From: an uncultured Roseburia sp.
GTDB taxonomy: Bacteria; Bacillota; Clostridia; Lachnospirales; Lachnospiraceae
Length of the DNA: 64,000 bases
Assembly (NCBI GenBank): GCA_947567625.1
Contig: CANONN010000007.1
Span: 4,803-68,802 of the forward strand
Reading direction: 5' to 3'
In this document: positions 55,058 to 63,309 of the stretch, one piece after another
Numbering within the stretch: the first letter of the stretch is position 1
How the letters are laid out: each line of letters starts with the position of its first letter
Made by a program: the position numbers and the translations under genes
Notes under the pieces: generated by a model
Told to the model about the DNA's origin: nothing
Database searches by the model: none
The model's input: only the letters and a program-made list of their open reading frames with translations

Positions 55058-56782
55058 ATGATTATTATGTTATCAGCAACGGAATTGCAGAGCTTGCTTA
55101 GAAGAATTGACCGCAAGGGTTATCCGGCCTACAAGGATACCAGGGGAAGCTATGATTTTCGGGGTTTTGTGCTCTCAATCGACCATGTGCAGGGAGACCC
55201 CTTTGCCTCCCCGTCGAAGGTCAGTGTACATATCAAGGGAGCAAAGGCAGGGTTCCCAGCAGAATACTATGCAAAAAGGCATGTAAGGATTGCCCTGCAG
55301 GATTTGCTCCTGCGCCATTTTGCGAGGGAGATCGAAAAAGTTTCCCACAAGGCGGGCGGTTCCGGCAAAAGCGGCCTGATGGCGGTCAGCCGCCCCGGAC
55401 AGGAGGTCTTAGAGCGCAGCGCCTGCCAGATTACGCCGGATAACGGCAATCTTACCGTGCGCTTTGAGGTGGGCTTCCCGGCGAACGGGCGGACCATAAA
55501 CGCCAGGGAGCTGGAAAAAATATTGTTCGATTTTTTGCCCAAATGCGTCGCGTCCAGTCTCTTTTATAAGGCGCTGGATGAAAAAGAGGTGCAGCGGTGC
55601 GTGCGGCTGGCAGAGGACCAGCAGTATATCAGAGATCAGCTTGCGGCCAGGGGTCTTACGGCCTTTGTGGCCAACGGCGCCATCCTGCCCAGGGAATCGG
55701 GCGTCTCCGGCCGGCCGATGAAAGGGGCGGTGGCGTTTGCATCGCCCGCTTCTATGGAGGTGGAGCTTGCGCTCCCGCATCACGGGCCGCTTAAGGGCAT
55801 GGGAATCAAAAAGGGCGTGACGCTGATTGTGGGCGGCGGCTACCACGGAAAATCAACGTTGCTCAAAGCGCTGGAGACAGGCGTTTACAATCACATTGCA
55901 GGGGACGGCAGGGAGTATGTGATCACGGACGGGACCGCCGTCAAGCTTCGCGCCGAGGATGGCAGAAGCATCAAGAAAACGGATATCTCCATGTTCATTA
56001 ACCACCTGCCGAATAAAAAAGATACCGTGCATTTTTATACGGAGGATGCCAGCGGCAGCACGTCCCAGGCGGCAGCCGTGGTGGAGGCCATGGAAGCGGG
56101 GGCAAAGGCTTTTTTGATTGACGAGGACACTTCGGCGACGAATTTTATGATTCGCGACGAGCTGATGCAGCGCGTGGTAAACCGCGAGAGTGAACCGATC
56201 ACGCCGTTTACGCACCGGATTCGGCAATTGTATCAGGAGGATGGAATCTCTACCATTTTGGTGGCGGGCAGCTGCGGCTCCTATTTTGAGAAAGCCGACT
56301 GTGTGCTGCAAATGAAGCAGTACACGCCGTACGAGATCACGGAGTTTGCCAAAGCGGAAGCGCGGGCATTTGCCGGTGAGCAGGGCGGCTCTTCTATGGA
56401 AGAGGCTTTGGCGGCGGCCAAACCGGATGTGAAGCGCGTGATTAAGCCGGACAGAAGTTTTGCGGATGCCAGATTCAAGATCAAAACGGGCGGCCTCGAT
56501 ACGATTACGCTGGGGAGGGAGCCGCTTGACGTGCGTTATCTCGAGCAGCTTTGCGATACGGAGCAGTTAAATTATCTGGGCTCGCTCATCAAATATATGC
56601 AGTGCCATATCTTTGACGGCAAAAAAACGCTGCAGCAGGCGGTGGAAGCGGTGGAGCGTCTGATTGCGGAGAAAGGAATCGGCGCAGTCTGCGAGGGCAG
56701 CTATCTGCCCTGCCATCTGGCCGAGGTGAGGGCGCAGGAGCTTTTTGCGGCGATCAACCGTTATAGAAAACTGGCGTTATAG
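55058..56782 (+). CDS. ABC-class ATPase of unknown function (COG3044 / ABC_ATPase family)
   Basis: 'YPAYKDTRGSYDFRGFVLSIDHVQGDPFASPSKVSV' N-terminal hallmark. Walker A 'GGGYHGKSTLLKAL' and 'FLIDEDTSATNF'. Confidence 0.75.
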   Translation: MIIMLSATELQSLLRRIDRKGYPAYKDTRGSYDFRGFVLSIDHVQGDPFASPSKVSVHIKGAKAGFPAEYYAKRHVRIALQDLLLRHFAREIEKVSHKAGGSGKSGLMAVSRPGQEVLERSACQITPDNGNLTVRFEVGFPANGRTINARELEKILFDFLPKCVASSLFYKALDEKEVQRCVRLAEDQQYIRDQLAARGLTAFVANGAILPRESGVSGRPMKGAVAFASPASMEVELALPHHGPLKGMGIKKGVTLIVGGGYHGKSTLLKALETGVYNHIAGDGREYVITDGTAVKLRAEDGRSIKKTDISMFINHLPNKKDTVHFYTEDASGSTSQAAAVVEAMEAGAKAFLIDEDTSATNFMIRDELMQRVVNRESEPITPFTHRIRQLYQEDGISTILVAGSCGSYFEKADCVLQMKQYTPYEITEFAKAEARAFAGEQGGSSMEEALAAAKPDVKRVIKPDRSFADARFKIKTGGLDTITLGREPLDVRYLEQLCDTEQLNYLGSLIKYMQCHIFDGKKTLQQAVEAVERLIAEKGIGAVCEGSYLPCHLAEVRAQELFAAINRYRKLAL

Positions 56783-56828
56783 ATAGAAAAATCAATGTGA
56801 TAATTAATGACAGAGAGAGGCATCTTCC

Positions 56829-59570
56829 ATGGGCAATACATCAGAAATGAAAACGCAAAAACAGATCAATGTGGCCGTGCTCGCCCATGTCGATGCGGGG
56901 AAAACCACGCTCTCGGAGGCAATGCTGTATTTGACCGGCAGTATCAGAAAGGCGGGTCGGGTCGACAACCGGGATGCATTTTTTGACACCAATCATCTGG
57001 AGCGCGACCGGGGAATCACCATTTTCTCCAAGCAGGCCGAGCTGACGGTTGAGGATATGCGCGTGACTTTGCTTGATACGCCGGGACATGTGGATTTTTC
57101 GGCTGAGATGGAGCGCGTACTCACGGTGCTCGACTATGCGATACTCGTGGTGAGCGGTGCAAACGGCGTGCAGGGACACACGAGGACGCTTTGGAACCTG
57201 TTAAAGAAATATCGGATTCCCGTGTTTTTGTTTGTCAATAAGATGGATCAGCCCGGTGCGGACAAAGAAGAGCTTTTGGCAGAAATCCGGCAGAAGTTGT
57301 CCGCCGACTGCATGGATTTTACGGAGGATACGACGGAGGCGTTTTATGAAAATGCTGCCACCTGTGAGGAGGCGGTGCTAGAGCAGTACCTGGAAAACGG
57401 TTGGATAGCGGAGGAGGAGATCGCCAGATTAGTCGGCGAGCGCAAGCTGTTTCCCTGCTATTTTGGCTCCGCGTTAAAGATGGAAGGCGTGCAGGAGTTT
57501 TTGACGGGATTTTACCGCTATACCTTGCAAAAGGAATACCCATCTGACTTTGGGGCGAGAGTGTTTAAAATTGCACGGGACGAGCAGGGCAAGCGGCTCA
57601 CCTATCTGAAAGTGACCGGGGGCGCCCTGAAGGTGCGGCAGGTTTTATCCGGCGCAAAGAAGGGCGAAAACGGCCAGACAGAGGGCGGCTGGGAGGAAAA
57701 GGTAAACCAGATACGCATTTATTCCGGCGAGAAGTATGTCACGGCGGAACAGATGTGTGCGGGGGGAATCTGCGCGGTGACCGGATTAAGCGAGACATAT
57801 CCGGGCCAGGGGCTGGGAGGGGAAGCCGATGAAGAGACGCCGGTCTTAGAGCCCGTACTCACATATTGTATCGGCCTGCCGGAGGGGATGGACGCGGCGC
57901 GCGCCCTGCCGCTGTTAAGACAGCTGCAGGAGGAGGAACCGGAGCTTTCCATTGTCTGGAAGGAAGAGCTGCAGGAGCTTTCCGTCAGGCTTATGGGCGA
58001 CGTGCAGATGGAAATTCTAAAAAGCCTGATATGGGAGCGGTTTGGTTTTGAAGTGACGTTCGGGAACGGCAGTATCGTGTACAAAGAGACGATCGCCGAC
58101 CGCGTGGAGGGGGTCGGCCATTTTGAGCCGCTGCGCCACTATGCGGAGGTACACCTTTTGCTGGAACCGGCGGACCCGGGCAGCGGGATGCAGTTTGCCG
58201 CGGATTGCAGCGAGGATGTGCTGGATCGGAACTGGCAGCGGCTGATTTTGACGCATCTGGAGGAAAAGCAGCATGTGGGCGTGTTGACCGGGTCGGCGCT
58301 TGCGGATGTCAAGATTACATTAAAGTCCGGCCGGGCGCATCCGAAGCACACGGAGGGCGGCGATTTCAGAAAAGCCACTTACCGGGCGGTGCGCCAGGGG
58401 CTGATGCAGGCGGAGTCGGTGCTCTTGGAGCCATATTTTCATTTTGTCCTGGAAGTACCGGAGGATGCGGTGGGCAGGGCCATGACCGACGTGGAGCGCA
58501 TGCACGGCAAAGTGTACTATGATGCGGCGCAGGGGACAAAAGAGCTTCGGGTCCTGACTGGCCGGGCGCCGGTATCAGAAATACAGGATTATCAGAAAGA
58601 GGTCATCGCCTATACCAGGGGGCATGGAAGCCTGACCTTTGCACCGGGAGGCTATGAGCCGTGCCACAATGCAAAAGAGGTGATCGAGGCGATCGGCTAT
58701 GAGGCCGAGCGGGATGTCAGAAATACGGCGGATTCCGTATTCTGTGCACACGGGGCGGGTTTCATCGTGCCCTGGAATGAGGTTGCAGAACATATGCATC
58801 TCGAGAGTATTTTGACGGAACGTCTGCCAAACGAGGAGGCGTGGGAGCTGGCAAGAGCCTACAAAGAAGCCGCTTTCAGACAGAGAGCGCGCAAGGCAGG
58901 CGGGGAGGAAGCGTGGATTGGCACGGACGAGATCGACAAAATATTGGCGCAGACCTACGACGCCAACCGCCGTGGCCGCCAGGGAGCGGCTAAAAACCAT
59001 TATAAGTTAAAGAGAACAGGCGCGGGGCAGGCGGCCGTGACCAGAACGTATAAACCGCAGGCAAAATTGGAGGAATACCTGTTGGTGGACGGGTATAATG
59101 TGATATTTGCCTGGGAGGAGCTTGGCGCGCTGGCGGCGGAAAATATCGACGGGGCGCGGGGCAGGCTGTTGGATATTTTATGTAATTATCAGGGGATGCA
59201 GGGGTGTCAGGTGATCGCGGTGTTTGACGCTTACCGGGTGAAAGGGCATAAGACAGAAATTTTTGATTATCACAATATCCATGTGGTTTACACCAGGGAG
59301 GCGGAGACCGCAGATGCCTACATTGAAAAATTTGCCCATGAAAACAGCAATAAGTATCATATTACGGTTGCCACCTCAGACGGCCTGGAACAGATCATCA
59401 TTCGCGGGGCGGGCTGTGATCTGCTCTCTGCGAGGGAGCTGAAACAGAGAATCGAGCAGGGAGAGAAGTCACTCAAGGAGCAGTACCACGCTGTTTCAAA
59501 GACAGGCAGAAATTTCATGATGGACGGCATCGATTTAAGCAAACTGGAACTGGGGAAAGAAGAGGGATAA
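56829..59570 (+). CDS. TetM/TetO/EF-G-family translational GTPase fused to a C-terminal Rae1/YacP-type NYN ribonuclease domain
   Basis: G motifs 'AHVDAGKTT', 'DTPGH' and 'NKMD', with TetM-like domains II-V to about aa 650. After a ~95-aa basic linker come 'YLLVDGYNVIFAW', 'VIAVFDAY' and 'ITVATSDGLEQII' (from nt ~59076), the YacP NYN signature. Confidence 0.8.
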   Translation: MGNTSEMKTQKQINVAVLAHVDAGKTTLSEAMLYLTGSIRKAGRVDNRDAFFDTNHLERDRGITIFSKQAELTVEDMRVTLLDTPGHVDFSAEMERVLTVLDYAILVVSGANGVQGHTRTLWNLLKKYRIPVFLFVNKMDQPGADKEELLAEIRQKLSADCMDFTEDTTEAFYENAATCEEAVLEQYLENGWIAEEEIARLVGERKLFPCYFGSALKMEGVQEFLTGFYRYTLQKEYPSDFGARVFKIARDEQGKRLTYLKVTGGALKVRQVLSGAKKGENGQTEGGWEEKVNQIRIYSGEKYVTAEQMCAGGICAVTGLSETYPGQGLGGEADEETPVLEPVLTYCIGLPEGMDAARALPLLRQLQEEEPELSIVWKEELQELSVRLMGDVQMEILKSLIWERFGFEVTFGNGSIVYKETIADRVEGVGHFEPLRHYAEVHLLLEPADPGSGMQFAADCSEDVLDRNWQRLILTHLEEKQHVGVLTGSALADVKITLKSGRAHPKHTEGGDFRKATYRAVRQGLMQAESVLLEPYFHFVLEVPEDAVGRAMTDVERMHGKVYYDAAQGTKELRVLTGRAPVSEIQDYQKEVIAYTRGHGSLTFAPGGYEPCHNAKEVIEAIGYEAERDVRNTADSVFCAHGAGFIVPWNEVAEHMHLESILTERLPNEEAWELARAYKEAAFRQRARKAGGEEAWIGTDEIDKILAQTYDANRRGRQGAAKNHYKLKRTGAGQAAVTRTYKPQAKLEEYLLVDGYNVIFAWEELGALAAENIDGARGRLLDILCNYQGMQGCQVIAVFDAYRVKGHKTEIFDYHNIHVVYTREAETADAYIEKFAHENSNKYHITVATSDGLEQIIIRGAGCDLLSARELKQRIEQGEKSLKEQYHAVSKTGRNFMMDGIDLSKLELGKEEG

Positions 59571-59572
59571 TC

Positions 59573-61000
59573 ATGTTGCCACAGCAATTTTTAGAGCGCA
59601 TGCAAAAGTTTTTTGGCGAGGAGTATCATGCGTTTCTGGCGAGCTATGAGAGACCACGGGTTCATGCGCTGCGGCTGAATCCGCAAAAAACACAGACGGC
59701 GCATTTTTTGGAAAAGCCATTCTTTCATTTAGAGCCGGTGCCCTGGGCACGCGACGGATTTTTTTACGCGCCGGGGGAGGAGCCCGGGAAACACCCGTAC
59801 CATGCGGCAGGCGTTTATTATATCCAGGAGCCGAGCGCCATGGCGCCGGCGGAATACCTGTTTGGGGACGGGGAGGCCGATACCGCGCCTACGGAGCAGG
59901 AGCGCGTACTTGATCTGTGCGCGGCCCCAGGGGGGAAAAGTACGCAGATTGCGGCCAGGATGGCAGGAAAGGGTATTTTGCTTTGCAATGAGATACACCC
60001 GGCCAGGGCGAAGATTCTGTCCGAAAATATGGAGCGGCTCGGCGTCGCCAACGCTATGGTGACAAATGAGCCTCCCGAAAGGCTGGCGGAGATATTTGAC
60101 GGGTATTTTACCGGAATCCTGGTTGACGCGCCCTGCTCTGGGGAGGGAATGTTCAAAAAGAACGAGGAGGCAAAAGAAGAGTGGAGCATGGAGAATATCG
60201 CTCTCTGCGCCGACAGACAGGACGGCATTCTGGACTGCGCCGCATCAATGCTTTCGGCGGGCGGGAAGCTGGTCTATTCTACCTGTACGTTTGCCCCGGA
60301 GGAAAACGAGGGGACGATCACACGCTTTTTGCACCGCCACCCGGAGTTTGTAGTTGAAAAAGTGAAAAGGTATCCGGGTATGGAGGGCGGCAGGCCGGAG
60401 TGGTATGAGGGCGCCCTGCCAACGGTGAGGGATACGGTGCGCCTGTTTCCGCATCACATCGACGGAGAAGGTCATTTTCTTGCCGTCTTAAGAAAAGCGG
60501 GACAGAGGGGGGCATCGGAGGCTGGTTTCTTCCGCCGCTTCGGGCTCGAGCAGGGAATGTCGCAGAAGGATAGGCGGCAGCCGGGAGGGGGTGTTTTAGA
60601 ATGGGAAGCGTTTGCGCGTGAAACGCTGCAAAAATCGTTTGGCGGAAATTATCTCAGATTTGGGGATCAGCTCTATCTGGCGCCGGAAGGGATGCCGTCC
60701 ATCCGTCAGCTTAAAGTGCTGCGCCCGGGACTACATCTAGGCACTATAAAAAAGAACCGGCTGGAACCTTCCCACGCGCTGGCTCTCTATCTGCATCCCG
60801 GGCAGGTGAAACACTGTGTGGATTTGCCGGCGGACGGCGAAGAGATCAGGGCGTATTTAAGCGGGCAGGCGCTAAAGCGCGAAGGAGAAAAGGGCTGGTA
60901 TCTGGTGACGGTGGACGGATACAGTATCGGCTGGGCGAAACAGGCGGGGGGCGTCCTAAAAAATCATTATCCCAAAGGACTCAGGATTCATTATGTGTGA
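59573..61000 (+). CDS. rsmF: 16S rRNA m5C methyltransferase, RsmF/YebU-like (NOL1/NOP2/Sun family)
   Basis: 'VLDLCAAPGGKSTQIA' and 'ILVDAPCSGEGMF'; catalytic Cys in 'VYSTCTFAPEENE'; C-terminal PUA-like region. It starts 3 nt after the GTPase-NYN stop. Confidence 0.8.
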   Translation: MLPQQFLERMQKFFGEEYHAFLASYERPRVHALRLNPQKTQTAHFLEKPFFHLEPVPWARDGFFYAPGEEPGKHPYHAAGVYYIQEPSAMAPAEYLFGDGEADTAPTEQERVLDLCAAPGGKSTQIAARMAGKGILLCNEIHPARAKILSENMERLGVANAMVTNEPPERLAEIFDGYFTGILVDAPCSGEGMFKKNEEAKEEWSMENIALCADRQDGILDCAASMLSAGGKLVYSTCTFAPEENEGTITRFLHRHPEFVVEKVKRYPGMEGGRPEWYEGALPTVRDTVRLFPHHIDGEGHFLAVLRKAGQRGASEAGFFRRFGLEQGMSQKDRRQPGGGVLEWEAFARETLQKSFGGNYLRFGDQLYLAPEGMPSIRQLKVLRPGLHLGTIKKNRLEPSHALALYLHPGQVKHCVDLPADGEEIRAYLSGQALKREGEKGWYLVTVDGYSIGWAKQAGGVLKNHYPKGLRIHYV

Positions 61001-61598
61001 GAAGAATCAACTATTTGGCAGGCTTTCATTGTGGGAATGTCTGACCGACGCTTTTTTGCGCGGCGTAATCGAGAAATACCATTATGAAGAGAGAGACGCT
61101 GTTTTGCTTGGCCGGGTGGCTTCCGATATAAAAATCTGTATCAAAGATCAGGAAAGCTTTTGCGTGAGCTATGATGAAAGAAAGTGGCCGTTGGAGCGGG
61201 AGGCGCTTGTGACGCTGACGCTTGGCCCCGGTATTGATCTTTTGCAGGAGCGCTATCACAGCGGGGGACTTTTGATGGAAAGCTATATGCTGGAGAATTG
61301 CAGCAGTGAGCTCTTGCGTTTGGGGTATGAAAAGATACATCGTCTGATCGTGGAACAGACCGGTATGTATGCCGCGCGGGTGAGCTTCTTTGGCGGGGAG
61401 GAGGAGTATTCCCTCAACCGGATGGCGGAGGAGCTTAAAAAGCGGGATATTAAAAATATAGCCTGCACAGCCGATTATTGTCTGAGGCCGACGAAAAGTG
61501 CGGCCTATCTCGTGAAACTTTGCCCGGAGGAGACGGTTGTGAGAAGTATATGCAGCGACTGTGCCAACCGGGACAACTGTCATCAATGCGCAAGGTGA
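60993..61598 (+). CDS. Hypothetical; possibly methionine-synthase activation-domain-like protein
   Basis: Overlaps rsmF by 8 nt. 'TLTLGPGIDLLQERY...LMESYMLENCSSELL' loosely resembles stand-alone MetH activation-domain proteins of Clostridia. Cys-rich tail 'CSDCANRDNCHQC'. Weak call. Confidence 0.3.
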   Translation: MCEKNQLFGRLSLWECLTDAFLRGVIEKYHYEERDAVLLGRVASDIKICIKDQESFCVSYDERKWPLEREALVTLTLGPGIDLLQERYHSGGLLMESYMLENCSSELLRLGYEKIHRLIVEQTGMYAARVSFFGGEEEYSLNRMAEELKKRDIKNIACTADYCLRPTKSAAYLVKLCPEETVVRSICSDCANRDNCHQCAR

Positions 61599-61625
61599 CG
61601 GTAAAATATTATTCCGTCAAATTAT

Positions 61626-61704
61626 TTGTCGTAATCTGTCGAAATGTGGCGGATGCGCAACCCCTGTTTCTGTAAAAAGTGTCGTAATTTGTCGAAACAT
61701 GAGG
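61626..61704 (+). repeat. Two copies of a ~24-nt direct repeat upstream of the response-regulator gene
   Basis: 'tTGTCGTAATcTGTCGAAAtgTG' (61626-61649) and 'gTGTCGTAATtTGTCGAAAcaTG' (61679-61702), spaced 53 nt. The second copy abuts TATTAT (61705-61710). Confidence 0.8.
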
Positions 61705-61842
61705 TATTATGACAGTAAATGATGAGAAAATTGTCAGATCGACGTTTAGGGGTGTAAGTGCAGAGAAAAATGCGATATACTGTAATTCACGGGGAAAAGG
61801 TTTTATGAAAACATGGAAATATCTTATTGGAGGAAATCTGGT

Positions 61843-62634
61843 ATGAGAGAAAAATTAACCATGTTGATTGCAGAAGATAATGAGAGAGACCGAACCCGGT
61901 TTCGGAAAATATACGAGGGAGAATATCATGTGTTAATTGCGGCGGACGGCTGCGAGGCGTTGAATATTCTTCACAATAAAGATGTGGATATCATGATTCT
62001 TGCGTTGGATATGCCATGTGGGGAAGGGGAAAAGGTTTTACGGCAGATGAGAACAAATGAAAGGTGGAAAAATATTCCGGTTATCGTGAAAACCTTGGAA
62101 TATAAAACGGCACAAGCCAAACAGCTCGGTATGGGAGCAGATGATTGTCTGGTCGTATCGGAAGATATAGAGGAGGTTAAAAGCAGTGTGGAGCATGTGG
62201 TAAAGCACTGTGTCAACGAGCCCAAAGTCTTTCGTTACAGTGAGATGTCCCTGCTGATTATTGACGACGATGCGTTGGCTGTCGAGTTCACAAAATTACA
62301 TATTAAGCGTTTGGGTATGCGGTATCAGGTGGCTGACAGCACAGAGCTTGCCCTGCAAATGCTGGCGGATGCCGCGGAGGCGGGAAGTCCGTACGATATG
62401 TGTTTGATCAATGGGCAGATGCATCAGACCGATAGCGCTGCTGTGGCGAATCAGATCAGGGAGCGCTATGATCAAAACCGGCTCTTGATTTCGTGTGTCT
62501 GCCGTGATGGCGGCAGGAAACAGGAGCTTATGCAAAGTGGGGCCGACTACATTTTAGAATGGCCGATTTCACAGGAAAAACTTTACCGATTAATGACAAC
62601 GGTGCAGCGCGACTTAGAGCAAACCAATAGATAG
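61843..62634 (+). CDS. Orphan response regulator with two receiver domains and no output domain
   Basis: ATG 61843 follows GGAGGAAA. REC1 has 'MLIAEDNE...IMILALDMP...VIVKT'. REC2 has 'LLIIDDD...MCLINGQM', with N at the phospho-acceptor position. Confidence 0.75.
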   Translation: MREKLTMLIAEDNERDRTRFRKIYEGEYHVLIAADGCEALNILHNKDVDIMILALDMPCGEGEKVLRQMRTNERWKNIPVIVKTLEYKTAQAKQLGMGADDCLVVSEDIEEVKSSVEHVVKHCVNEPKVFRYSEMSLLIIDDDALAVEFTKLHIKRLGMRYQVADSTELALQMLADAAEAGSPYDMCLINGQMHQTDSAAVANQIRERYDQNRLLISCVCRDGGRKQELMQSGADYILEWPISQEKLYRLMTTVQRDLEQTNR

Positions 62635-62662
62635 AACAGAAAAAGCAACAGAAAAACGATAG

Positions 62663-62808
62663 GTAACAGTTTGGCTCAGGACTTTGCACTCGCTGTAAAG
62701 TCCGTAAGAACGCGTATATCTAGCCAAGCGGGAATTCGGCTCTTTGTCGAAGACAAACTTTAAATGAGCCGGATTCCGTAACTATGAAGCCGAAGGCTGA
62801 ATCGTTAC
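62663..62808 (+). repeat. Family-1 structured intergenic element, copy C (divergent)
   Basis: GGACTTTGCA-ctcgc-TGTAAAGTCC; CGGCTC[TTTGTC-gaa-GACAAA]ctttaaatGAGCCG; 'GATTCCGTAAC'; GTAAC..AGCC-gaa-GGCT..GTTAC. Confidence 0.8.
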
Positions 62809-62904
62809 AACGATAGAGAAAGTCACGAAAAATATACTTTACAAAAGATGCAAAAGGGTTTAAAATAAGTTTCATTAATAAGACAAAGCAGTGACAAGAA
62901 GAGT

Positions 62905-63203
62905 ACGTCATGGAATGCAGCAGAGAAGGATGCCCGGGGGAAAGTCATAATTTTCGCTGTGTGGTGAAAGCATCCGGCAGAAAGTGACCGAAGACCACCT
63001 TGGAGCGGCCCTAATCAGGCACGGTGATTCCGTTATCATCACAATGAGATTTTTGTGGAGGAGTGAAATGTTTGACAGAGAGCGATTTCATGAAAGTGAA
63101 TGTGGGTGGAACCACGGTGAAGTATTTCCGTACAGGAAGCGTTTATCGTCCCGGCAGTAAGCAATAATGGCAAGTGCGCTGTTATGCTTACCGCCGTTTT
63201 TTT
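62905..63203 (+). promoter_or_regulatory. T-box riboswitch leader (probable Thr specifier ACC) with terminator
   Basis: AGAGA (62922-62926) sits in the Stem I apex region. The candidate specifier is 'GAAG-ACC-A' (~62991-62998). The T-box core is 'TGGGTGGAACCACGG' (63103-63117). The terminator is GGCAGTAAGCA...TGCTTACCGCC plus T7 (63153-63203). thrS lies downstream. Confidence 0.65.
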
Positions 63204-63309
63204 ATGCACAGGGGTGCGTAAGGAAATTAGCAGCTTTGCTGGACGCATCCAATCCATTGCACACGGACACCCAAAAGAAATGTAATCAAGAGAGAGGAAG
63301 GGAATAACT

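Noticed and set aside
56829-59570. TetM/TetO-like GTPase considered as a tetracycline-resistance (ribosomal protection) determinant
   Set aside because: The sequence is only family-level similar. It carries a ~260-aa C-terminal linker plus NYN extension absent from resistance proteins. It is embedded in a housekeeping-looking operon with rsmF rather than in a conjugative element. Calling it an AMR gene is not supportable.
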